DNA of 64,000 nucleotides from Alphaproteobacteria bacterium (GTDB lineage: Bacteria > Pseudomonadota > Alphaproteobacteria > Rickettsiales > SXRF01), in NCBI GenBank assembly GCA_043763155.1, contig JAYULW010000065.1, forward strand, positions 216 through 64,215, read 5' to 3'. Under the pieces are notes generated by a model. That model was not told the origin of the DNA. It saw only the letters and a list, made by a program, of their open reading frames with translations, and ran no database searches. Of this stretch, positions 56,009 to 64,000 are shown in pieces (positions within the stretch are counted from its first letter, which is position 1; the number at the start of each line of letters is the position of its first letter). The translations under genes and the position numbers were made by a program.

Positions 56009-57340
56009 TTAATGCTTTTTGACGATCGTGCCAAACAGGTCGTAGGCGTCGGCGTCTTCAATCGTCACGGGCACGATGGTTCCGGGAAGCACGCGGCCTG
56101 AGGATTTTACATGCACCACGCCGTCGATTTCCGGGGCGTCGGCATGGGAGCGGCCAATGATGCCTTCGGGCGTTACTTCGTCAATCAGCACGTCCAGCGT
56201 TTTGCCGATTTTGCGTTGCAGGCGACCCGCGGAGATGCCTTGCTGCACTTCCATGAAGCGGTTCCAGCGTTCTTCTTTCACTTCTTCGCTCACATGGTTT
56301 TCAAGCGCGTTTGAATCTGCGTCGGACACGTTTTCGTAGCGGAAGCACCCTACCCTATCGAGCTGGGCTTCTTGCAACCAGTCGAGCATGAACTGGAAAT
56401 CTTCTTCGGTTTCGCCGGGGAAGCCGACGATGAAGGTGGAGCGCACGGTGAGGTCGGGCACGGCTTTGCGCCATCCGGCGATGCGTTCCAGCACCTTCTC
56501 CTGATTGGCGGGGCGACGCATGGATTTGAGCACTTTGGGGCTGGCGTGCTGGAAGGGAATGTCGAGATACGGCAGGATTTTGCCTGCGTTCATCAGCTCC
56601 ATCACTTCGTCTACATGCGGGTATGGGTAGACGTAATGCAGGCGCACCCATGCGCCCAGTTCGCCGAGTTCGCGGCAGAGGTCGAGGAACTTTGCGCGCA
56701 CCTCCCTGCCCTGCCATTGGCTGGCGGCGTATTTGGTATCAATGCCGTAGGCGCTGGTGTCTTGGGACACGACGAGCAGTTCTTTCACGCCGGATTTCAC
56801 GAGGTTTTCGGCTTCTTGCAGCACTTCGGCAGCGGGGCGGCTTACGAGGTCGCCGCGCAGTTTGGGGATGATGCAGAAAGAGCAGCGGTTGTTGCAGCCT
56901 TCGGAAATTTTCAGGTACGCGTAGTGGCGGGGCGTGAGTTTTACGCCGCCGAGTGGCACCAGATTCTGGTACGGGTCGTGCAGCGGGGGGATGGCTTTGT
57001 GAACCGCAGTTACCACAGATTCATACTGCGCGGGGCCAGTGATGGATAATACATCGGGGTATTTGCTGCGGATGAGTTCGGGCGTTGCGCCCATGCAGCC
57101 AGTGACGATGACTTTGCCGTTTTCGGCCAGTGCTTCGCCAATGGCGGAGAGCGATTCTTCGCGCGCGGAATCGAGGAAGCCGCAGGTATTGACGATCACC
57201 ACGTCGGCGTTGCCGTAGTCGCCGGAGAATTCATAGCCTTCGGAGCGCAGCTGGGTCAGGATGCGTTCGGAGTCCACCAATGCTTTGGCGCAGCCGAGAC
57301 TTACGAAACCGACTTTGGGTGCTGTTGCTTGTTTTGCCAT
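56009..57340 (-). CDS. rimO: Ribosomal protein S12 methylthiotransferase
   Basis: The MTTase N-terminal domain [12 protein letters not shown], the radical-SAM motif [13 protein letters not shown], and a C-terminal TRAM domain. Confidence 0.9.
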   Translation of the reverse strand: MAKQATAPKVGFVSLGCAKALVDSERILTQLRSEGYEFSGDYGNADVVIVNTCGFLDSAREESLSAIGEALAENGKVIVTGCMGATPELIRSKYPDVLSITGPAQYESVVTAVHKAIPPLHDPYQNLVPLGGVKLTPRHYAYLKISEGCNNRCSFCIIPKLRGDLVSRPAAEVLQEAENLVKSGVKELLVVSQDTSAYGIDTKYAASQWQGREVRAKFLDLCRELGELGAWVRLHYVYPYPHVDEVMELMNAGKILPYLDIPFQHASPKVLKSMRRPANQEKVLERIAGWRKAVPDLTVRSTFIVGFPGETEEDFQFMLDWLQEAQLDRVGCFRYENVSDADSNALENHVSEEVKEERWNRFMEVQQGISAGRLQRKIGKTLDVLIDEVTPEGIIGRSHADAPEIDGVVHVKSSGRVLPGTIVPVTIEDADAYDLFGTIVKKH

Positions 57341-57415
57341 AGAATCCTGCGTTTTTGATGCCCCCGTCTTTACCCTGATTAGCGCCTGAAAACAAGCGTT
57401 TGTGCGCTTTTGGGC

Positions 57416-58186
57416 TTAGCCGCGTTCCGGGGCTGTGCGCAATGTGACGGATGCCACTGTTTTTTCTAGATATTGCAGGGTTTCTGCCACGCGGTCATAC
57501 GGCACGTTAAACGACACGGTGGCGGGTTTATCCGCTACCGGCCACACGGTTACTTTTTTACGGTCGCGGCGCAAATCGTCGGCAATCTGGCTGAGTACGG
57601 GCCAGTTGGCTTCGCGCTTGGCCACGGAATGGCGCGAAATATGGGTTTCTTTTTTTGCGTCTATCGCAGGGCCTGCTTCGGAATAATCGTCGCGGAACCA
57701 CTCGGCGGCCACTGCTTTCCTGTCCTTGCCCAAGAGTATATCGTGGGTTTGTTCGGGCATGGAAAGAACCATTTTGCAGGCGGCTTTGTCGGTGTTGTCC
57801 ATGTCCACGCACACGCTTGGGGATTTGGTTTCGTCATGGCCCACGGTAAACCAGCGGCGCTGCGGTTCGTAGCGTTCCAAGCGCTCGGTGTACAGCTCGT
57901 TTAGCTGCACCATCTGCGATAAATCTTCGGGGCGGGTGGCAAGGAATTTCACCGCCGGGTTGGCGTCATGCGTCAGGGTGTCTACCTGGCCGATGCCTTG
58001 TTTTTCAATCTCGGTGGCAAGCTCGGCGAGGATGCGGTTTCCCAGCTCGATCTGAGGAGCGGAAAGTTTGGGCCTGCTTTCGCCCTTGGGCTGGCTCTGG
58101 TAGCGCAGCACCACATCGCCCTCCACTTCCTGAAGCGAGAACTTCATTCCCTGCACTATAAACTGCTTAAAAACCGGCTTTTCCAC
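57416..58186 (-). CDS. Hypothetical protein (256 aa)
   Basis: It is the only long ORF in this gap with neighbour-like codon style. It has no signal peptide, TM helix or recognisable motif. Confidence 0.5.
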   Translation of the reverse strand: MEKPVFKQFIVQGMKFSLQEVEGDVVLRYQSQPKGESRPKLSAPQIELGNRILAELATEIEKQGIGQVDTLTHDANPAVKFLATRPEDLSQMVQLNELYTERLERYEPQRRWFTVGHDETKSPSVCVDMDNTDKAACKMVLSMPEQTHDILLGKDRKAVAAEWFRDDYSEAGPAIDAKKETHISRHSVAKREANWPVLSQIADDLRRDRKKVTVWPVADKPATVSFNVPYDRVAETLQYLEKTVASVTLRTAPERG

Positions 58187-58273
58187 GATTGTCCCTCAGC
58201 GTCATTACCATCCCATTATAGCGGGGAAGCTTTAATAAAGCATTTCCAGCATTAAATGGAGCAATATCAATAA

Positions 58274-59938
58274 CTAAACCCGTGCAACCTGCACTTCGAT
58301 GACGGGTTTTTTGTTGATTTCGCGCTTGAAGAACTTGCGCACGCACATGCGCACAGCTTCTTTCACGGTTTCGTCGTTGCCTTTGGATTTGAGCTTGGAC
58401 ACGGCGTCGCCCACTTCGGCTTCGCATTCTTCCATCAGCTCGTCGTCTTCTTTGGGGTCCAGCAAGCCGGGGGCGGAAAGCTGCACGGGGTGCATAAGTT
58501 CGCCCTGCTTGCCCATGACGAGGCTTACGAAGACCGCGCCGTCGTCGCGCAGCTTGCGGCGGGTGCGGATGACTTCGCCGTCGGTGGAAATCAGCGACGT
58601 GCCGTCAATGGCGACGTAGCCAGCTTGTACCGTGCCGATGACGCTTGCTTCGCCTTCTTCAAGCCAGACCACTGCGCCGTTGAAGGCTTGCACGGTTTCG
58701 GGCACGCCGAGTTCGCGGGCGAGTTTGCCGTGTTCGTGCAAATGGCGCTGCTCGCCATGCGTGGGCACGGCGATTTTGGGGCGCACCATGGCGTACATGC
58801 GTTTCATTTCCTCGCGGGCGGGATGGCCGGAGACGTGGATGAAGTAATCTTTTTCGGTGATGACTTCGATTTTCTTCTCGATCAGCTTGTTGTTGATCCA
58901 GTTGATGCGCTGTTCGTTGCCGGGGATTTTGCGGCTGGAAAAGATGACCGTGTCGCCGGGCGTTAAGCGAATGGTGGGGTGTTCGCCGCGGGCAATGCGC
59001 GAGAGCGCGGCGCGGGGTTCGCCCTGACAGCCGGTGCAAAGCAGCAGCACGTCGCCCTTAGGCAGGTTCATCACTTCGCGGTCGGATACGAATTCCACAT
59101 CATGGTCGAGGTAGCCGCTTTCGCGCGCGGCTTCCACCACGCGGTGGAGGCTGCGGCCAGCGAGTGCGATGTGGCGGCCTGCTTCTTCGGCGGCCTGAAT
59201 GACGGTTGCCACGCGGGCGAGGTTGGACGCGAAGGTGGTGACGACCACGCGGTTGTCGCAGGCTTTGATGGCTTCAATGAGGTGTTTGCGCACTTCGCCT
59301 TCGGAGCCGGATTCGCCTTCGACGAACACGTTGGTGGAGTCGCAGACCATGGCGAGTACTTTGCCGTCGCCGTATTTTTTCAGCAAATCATAGTTCGATG
59401 CGGGGCCGATCATGGGGGCTTCGTCGAACTTCCAGTCGCCGGTGTGCATGACCACGCCTTTTTCGGTGGTGATGGCGACGGCCTGCATTTCCGGGATGGA
59501 GTGGGTGAGTTCAACCAGCTCGATGCCGAAGGGGCCGATCTTTACGTTGCCGCCGACATCAATGGGGATGATGGTGGGTTTTTTGCCGGGGCCCATGTCG
59601 CCGATTTTGTTCTTGAGAAATGCAGCGGTGAAGGGGGTTGCGTAGATGGGGCAATCCAGCTCGCGCCAGATGTAGGGCACGGCGCCAAGGTGATCTTCGT
59701 GCGCGTGGGTGATGACGAGGCCGAGGAGGTCTTTTTTGCGCTCGGCGATGAAGGATACGTCGGGCACGATGACTTCTACGCCGGGGAGATGGTCAGATGC
59801 GAAACCGATGCCGCAATCTACCATCAGCCATTTACCGTTGATGGTGTATAAATTCAGGTTCATGCCCACTTCGTTCGAGCCGCCTAGCGGTACGAAGAGC
59901 AGGTCTTCTTTGTATTTGGAAAAGTCAAAACTGGTCAT
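58274..59938 (-). CDS. rnj: Ribonuclease J (metallo-beta-lactamase / beta-CASP)
   Basis: Motif ITHAHEDHLGA, with beta-CASP and C-terminal domains. Confidence 0.9.
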   Translation of the reverse strand: MTSFDFSKYKEDLLFVPLGGSNEVGMNLNLYTINGKWLMVDCGIGFASDHLPGVEVIVPDVSFIAERKKDLLGLVITHAHEDHLGAVPYIWRELDCPIYATPFTAAFLKNKIGDMGPGKKPTIIPIDVGGNVKIGPFGIELVELTHSIPEMQAVAITTEKGVVMHTGDWKFDEAPMIGPASNYDLLKKYGDGKVLAMVCDSTNVFVEGESGSEGEVRKHLIEAIKACDNRVVVTTFASNLARVATVIQAAEEAGRHIALAGRSLHRVVEAARESGYLDHDVEFVSDREVMNLPKGDVLLLCTGCQGEPRAALSRIARGEHPTIRLTPGDTVIFSSRKIPGNEQRINWINNKLIEKKIEVITEKDYFIHVSGHPAREEMKRMYAMVRPKIAVPTHGEQRHLHEHGKLARELGVPETVQAFNGAVVWLEEGEASVIGTVQAGYVAIDGTSLISTDGEVIRTRRKLRDDGAVFVSLVMGKQGELMHPVQLSAPGLLDPKEDDELMEECEAEVGDAVSKLKSKGNDETVKEAVRMCVRKFFKREINKKPVIEVQVARV

Positions 59939-60732
59939 GCTAAATGCCTATTCATAATGTAGAGTTCTTTAAGACCGAAAATGGTCAGGTCAGGCTCCAG
60001 ATGTTCAATAACGGGGCAGGCTTTCGCGAATAGCGAAGCAAGCCCCCCGGTGGCAATCACCTTCATGCCACCTTTATTATTATTTTGGCCGTGTTCTTTT
60101 TTGATACGCTCGGCGATGCCTTCGATCATGCCGCTGTATCCGTAGTAAATGCCCGACTGCATGGCGCCCACGGTGTTGGTGCCGATGACCTTGGAAGGCT
60201 TCTGGATGGCGACCGTGGGGAGCTTTGCGGCGGCGCGTTGCAGCGCGTCGAGCGACAGGTTTACGCCGGGGGCGATGATACCGCCGATGTAGTCGCCCTC
60301 GCCGTTTACCACGTCAAACGTGGTTGCGGTACCGAAATCCACCACGATGAGGGCGGTTTTGTAGCGGTTCCACGCGGCGAAGGCGTTGACCAGACGGTCT
60401 GCGCCTACTTCGCGGGGGTTATCAATTTTCACGCCGATGCCGGTATCAATTTTCAGGCGGGGGTCGCCGATTACCAGCAGTTCCACCTGAAAATAGCGGC
60501 GGGTGAGCTGGCGGAGGTCGAACAAGGCTTGGGGCACTACGGAGGCGAGAACCGCATGTTCGATGGAGGTTGGGGCGATGCCGGAATGCTCTAAGACCTG
60601 GGTTAGCCACACGCCGTATTCGTCGGAGGTGCGGCGGGCGTCGGTGCTGATGCGCCACTGGCCAGCCAGCGTGTCGCCGTCGAACACCGCGAAAACCACG
60701 TTGGTATTGCCTGCGTCTATGACTAAAAGCAT
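59935..60732 (-). CDS. coaX: Type III pantothenate kinase
   Basis: I chose ATG 60732 (MLLVIDAGNTNVVFAVF), 1 nt after the birA stop. It overlaps the rnj start by 4 nt. Confidence 0.9.
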   Translation of the reverse strand: MLLVIDAGNTNVVFAVFDGDTLAGQWRISTDARRTSDEYGVWLTQVLEHSGIAPTSIEHAVLASVVPQALFDLRQLTRRYFQVELLVIGDPRLKIDTGIGVKIDNPREVGADRLVNAFAAWNRYKTALIVVDFGTATTFDVVNGEGDYIGGIIAPGVNLSLDALQRAAAKLPTVAIQKPSKVIGTNTVGAMQSGIYYGYSGMIEGIAERIKKEHGQNNNKGGMKVIATGGLASLFAKACPVIEHLEPDLTIFGLKELYIMNRHLA

Positions 60733-60733
60733 A

Positions 60734-61519
60734 TCAGGCTTCCAAGGACTCGACGGGGAAAACGTCGCCCGCGTGTACCAGATGTTTTTTGCCGTTATCG
60801 AGCTTGAGTTGCAGGCTGCCGCTGGCATCTAACCCTTGGCAGATGCCTTCCATAGTGCCGTCGGGCAGGCGTGCGCAGAGGCGCTTGTCGAGGCCCCATG
60901 CCACGTCGGTCCATTTTTTGCGGATGGGGGTGAAGCCTTTGGTGTTCCAGCTGTTGTAGCAATCTATGAAATGATGCACGAAGCGCGAGAGGATGATTTT
61001 GGCGCTTACCAGCTCCACGCCTGCGTCTTTCAGGCAGGTGGCGGGGAATTCGGTGCCTTTGGGGAAGTTATCCACGTTCACGCCCACGCCTACCACCACC
61101 CACGGCTTGTCGCTGCCTTCGGTCTGAAAGGATTCGAGCAGGATGCCCGCGAGCTTGCGGTCGTTGAGCAGGATATCGTTCGGCCATTTGCATTGCAGGC
61201 GGTTGCCTGCGGGCACTAACGCTTCCAAAGATTCGATGACGGATACGGCGGCAACGAAGGAAAGCTGGCTGATGTCTTTCATGGGTTTTTCGGGCTGGAG
61301 CAAGAGCGATACGAAGAGGTTGCCTTCGCTGGATACCCAGTCGCGGCCCATGCGGCCACGGCCGTTTGTTTGGTGCTTGGCCCAGATGACCGCGCCGTGG
61401 CAGCCGCCGCCCTTGGCGAGGCGCTTGGCTTCTTCGTTGGTGGAGTCAAGGCTGTCAAACGACAGCAGGTGGTAATCGTTCAAGAGGTTGGATGGGTTTT
61501 TCTGTTTTGCAGCAGCCAT
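60734..61519 (-). CDS. birA: Biotin--[acetyl-CoA-carboxylase] ligase (group I, no HTH)
   Basis: Motif GRGRMGRDW. I chose ATG 61519, which shares 1 nt with the nuoN stop. Confidence 0.9.
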   Translation of the reverse strand: MAAAKQKNPSNLLNDYHLLSFDSLDSTNEEAKRLAKGGGCHGAVIWAKHQTNGRGRMGRDWVSSEGNLFVSLLLQPEKPMKDISQLSFVAAVSVIESLEALVPAGNRLQCKWPNDILLNDRKLAGILLESFQTEGSDKPWVVVGVGVNVDNFPKGTEFPATCLKDAGVELVSAKIILSRFVHHFIDCYNSWNTKGFTPIRKKWTDVAWGLDKRLCARLPDGTMEGICQGLDASGSLQLKLDNGKKHLVHAGDVFPVESLEA

Positions 61520-62985
61520 CAACGCAACAAAGCCTCCGCCGCCGCCCGCGCCTGTACCACCAACGGGGTGGGCAGCAGGAAGAAGAACAAGGTGATAAAG
61601 GCGCAAATGGTGATGCCCATATTGACCGCGCAGGAGCAGCATTTGTCGAGTGCGGGTTGTGGCTCATCGAAATACATGACCTTGACCACGCGGATGTAAT
61701 AATAGCCGCTGATGACGCTGGAAAGCACGGCGACTACTGCCAGCCAGTTCAGGCCTGCGTTGCTTGCTGCCAGCAGCACATACATTTTGCCGAAGAAGCC
61801 GCCCAGCGGGGGGATGCCCGCCATGGCGAACATGAACAGCGAGATGACGATGGCAAGCGCAGGATTGGTTTGCGAGAGGCCGGAAAGGTCGCTGATGTTT
61901 TCAACATATTTGCCTTCGCGGCGCATGAGCAGTACGCAGCCGAACATGCCTGCGCTCATGAAAATATAGAGCGCGAGATAAATTAGCATGGCTTGTACGC
62001 CTGCGGCATTGCCAGCGGCGAGGCCTACCAACAGGAAGCCAACATGGCCGATGGAGCTGTAAGCCAGCAGGCGCTTGATGTTGGTTTGCATGATTGCGCC
62101 GAGCGCGCCGGTGACGAGCGAGGCGACCGCCACGAAAATCACGATCTGCTGCCACTGGGGGGCAAGTGCGCCGAAGGGCTCTAGTAGCAAGCGGGTGAAC
62201 AGCGCCATGCCAGCAACCTTGGGAGCGGTGGCGAAAAAGGCGGTGACGGGGGTGGGTGCGCCTTCGTACACGTCAGGCGTCCACATGTGGAAGGGTACGG
62301 CGGAGACTTTGAAACACAGGCCGATGATGACCATGACGAGACCAACCACTACGCCTTTGGAGGCGGTGGTGTCCATCTGGCCGAAGAGGGCTGCGAGGGT
62401 GTCGAAGCTGGTGGAGCCTGCGAAGCCGTAAATGAGCGAGGTGCCAAACAAAAGCATGCCCGAAGCAAGCGCGCCGAGGACGAAATATTTGAGGCCCGCT
62501 TCGCTGGATTTGGTGTGGTCGCGCAGGAAAGAGGCCAGCACGTATTGGCAGAGGCTGGAGAGTTCCAGCGCCATGTAAAGCGCGAGGAAGTCGTTGGCGG
62601 AGACCATGCCCATCATGCCCAGCGTGGAAAGCAGGATGAGGATCACGTATTCAAACGGGCGCCCCCCCTCTTCCCGCAGCCAGTCGGCGGAAAGGAGCAG
62701 CACCACCGCGCTTGCGGCGATGATGAGGCATTTGCTGAGGATGGCGAACGGATCGCTGATGAACATGCCGTTCATGGTGACGATGCGGGCGGGGACCATG
62801 CTGATTTCCAGCCATGCGGTGATGGCGAGGATGACGATGCCTGCGAAAATGGTGAAGGAGTCCACCTGCTTGATGCGGTACACGCCATAGACCAGCAGGA
62901 ACAGCGTCCAGCCGAGGAGGTACAGCTCGGGGCTGAGCAGCGAGAAGCTAGCAGTTCGAATATCACCCATGACGTTGCCGATCAT
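61519..62985 (-). CDS. nuoN: NADH-quinone oxidoreductase subunit N
   Basis: Motif [20 protein letters not shown] in a polytopic antiporter-like subunit. Confidence 0.9.
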   Translation of the reverse strand: MIGNVMGDIRTASFSLLSPELYLLGWTLFLLVYGVYRIKQVDSFTIFAGIVILAITAWLEISMVPARIVTMNGMFISDPFAILSKCLIIAASAVVLLLSADWLREEGGRPFEYVILILLSTLGMMGMVSANDFLALYMALELSSLCQYVLASFLRDHTKSSEAGLKYFVLGALASGMLLFGTSLIYGFAGSTSFDTLAALFGQMDTTASKGVVVGLVMVIIGLCFKVSAVPFHMWTPDVYEGAPTPVTAFFATAPKVAGMALFTRLLLEPFGALAPQWQQIVIFVAVASLVTGALGAIMQTNIKRLLAYSSIGHVGFLLVGLAAGNAAGVQAMLIYLALYIFMSAGMFGCVLLMRREGKYVENISDLSGLSQTNPALAIVISLFMFAMAGIPPLGGFFGKMYVLLAASNAGLNWLAVVAVLSSVISGYYYIRVVKVMYFDEPQPALDKCCSCAVNMGITICAFITLFFFLLPTPLVVQARAAAEALLR

Positions 62986-64000
62986 TTTGCCTTCACCCCG
63001 GAGTCCGATTTAGTAACAGATACTTGTTTGATGAGCTGCGCCACCGACGGCTCCATCGCGCTGAAATATGCTTTGGGATATATGCCCAGCCATACCACCA
63101 TCAGGATGATGGGGATGAAAATAAGGAGTTCGCGGCTGTCTACTTCTTCCAAGGTTTCCACCTCGTTGTTGGCGATGGGGCCGAAAATGACACGGCGGTA
63201 GAGATACAGCATGTATGCAGCGCCCAAGACCACGCCGGAGGTGATGAAGAAGGCGGTGAGGCTGCTTGCTTTGAATACGCCCAGCAGCACGAGGAATTCG
63301 CCCACGAAGCCGGAGGTGCTTGGAAGACCAACGGATGCCATGGTGAAGAACATGAAGATGGCGGCGAATTTGGGCATGACGTTGACCACGCCGCCGTAGC
63401 GGTTGATTTCGCGGGTGTGGAGGCGGTCATACAGCACGCCCACGCAGAGGAAGAGCGCGCCGGAGACAAGGCCGTGGCTGATCATCTGGATGATGGAGCC
63501 TTCGATGCCTTGCATGTTGAATGCGAAGATACCGGCGGTTACGAAGCCCATGTGTGCCACGGAGGAATAGGCGATGAGCTTTTTCATGTCCTGCTGCACG
63601 AGGGCGACGAGTGAGGTGTAGACGACTGCCACGATGCTTAGGAAGAATACGAAGGGCGCGAAATAGTGCGAGGCTTCGGGCAGCATGGGCAGGCTGAAAC
63701 GGAGGAAGCCGTAGGCACCCATTTTGATGAGGATACCGGCAAGGATGACGGAGCCGGGCGTTGGGGCCTGTACGTGCGCGTCGGGCAGCCAGGTGTGGAC
63801 GGGCCACATGGGGACTTTGACGGCGAAGGAGGCGAACATGGCGAGCCAGAGCCATTTTTGTACCGCAAGTGGGAGTGCGGGGGCGGCTTTCATCAGGTCG
63901 GGGATGCTGGTGGTGCCGAATGCATTATACATATACATGATGGCGACTAAGAACAGCACCGAGCCGATGAAGGTGTAGAGGAAGAATTTGAAGGCCGCGT
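62982..64000 (-). CDS. nuoM: NADH-quinone oxidoreductase subunit M, with the N-terminal part outside the window
   Basis: Motif [21 protein letters not shown]. The frame stays open to the window edge. Confidence 0.9.
   Translation of the reverse strand, partial: AAFKFFLYTFIGSVLFLVAIMYMYNAFGTTSIPDLMKAAPALPLAVQKWLWLAMFASFAVKVPMWPVHTWLPDAHVQAPTPGSVILAGILIKMGAYGFLRFSLPMLPEASHYFAPFVFFLSIVAVVYTSLVALVQQDMKKLIAYSSVAHMGFVTAGIFAFNMQGIEGSIIQMISHGLVSGALFLCVGVLYDRLHTREINRYGGVVNVMPKFAAIFMFFTMASVGLPSTSGFVGEFLVLLGVFKASSLTAFFITSGVVLGAAYMLYLYRRVIFGPIANNEVETLEEVDSRELLIFIPIILMVVWLGIYPKAYFSAMEPSVAQLIKQVSVTKSDSGVKAK

Noticed and set aside
55838-56101. An 87-aa plus-strand ORF
   Set aside because: It overlaps the tRNA-Cys gene and the 3' end of rimO, and it has no coding-like composition.
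1-64000. A search for CRISPR arrays, IS elements, integrases, phage genes, rRNA and toxin-antitoxin pairs
   Set aside because: I saw no regularly spaced repeats of 25-40 nt, no transposase, recombinase or phage-structural motifs in any ORF, and no rRNA-like segments. Intergenic gaps are all under 150 nt.

Overview
This is a tightly packed chromosomal segment with a strong GC3 bias. Its gene content and synteny look alphaproteobacterial. The supporting blocks are dusB-ntrBC-ntrYX, pcm-tolC-popZ, hfq-hflX, lepB-rnc-era, kdsD-lptCAB near rpoN, and nuoMN-birA-coaX-rnj. I call about 62 CDS, one tRNA-Cys, one clear rho-independent terminator and a few intergenic repeat motifs. I see no rRNA, CRISPR array, transposase, integrase or phage genes. 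All functional calls rest on motifs recognised by eye in the supplied translations, because no database search was possible.

The unusual part is a set of about 12 orphan ORFs with no motif I recognise. Several of them are wedged, often with overlapping start and stop codons, into operons that are normally contiguous:
- between lptB and rpoN
- directly after rpoN
- between rnc and era
- directly after ntrX
- between pyrB and pyrC

The strongest candidate for an undescribed module is the rpoN-centred region at about 47.3-51.8 kb. It holds tandem paralogous Gly/Ala-rich membrane proteins, one with a His/Gly-repeat N-terminus. It also has a perfect 9-bp inverted repeat in the divergent promoter, a 22-bp-phased GTGACG repeat array, and further orphan genes.

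Other leads:
- a 507-aa cytosolic orphan with protein-kinase-like catalytic-loop motifs
- an unannotated 54-aa Flp-type pilin gene
- a eukaryote-like type-2 IleRS
- a pyrB-linked dihydroorotase with a degenerate metal site
- a TolC with an N-terminal extension of about 100 aa
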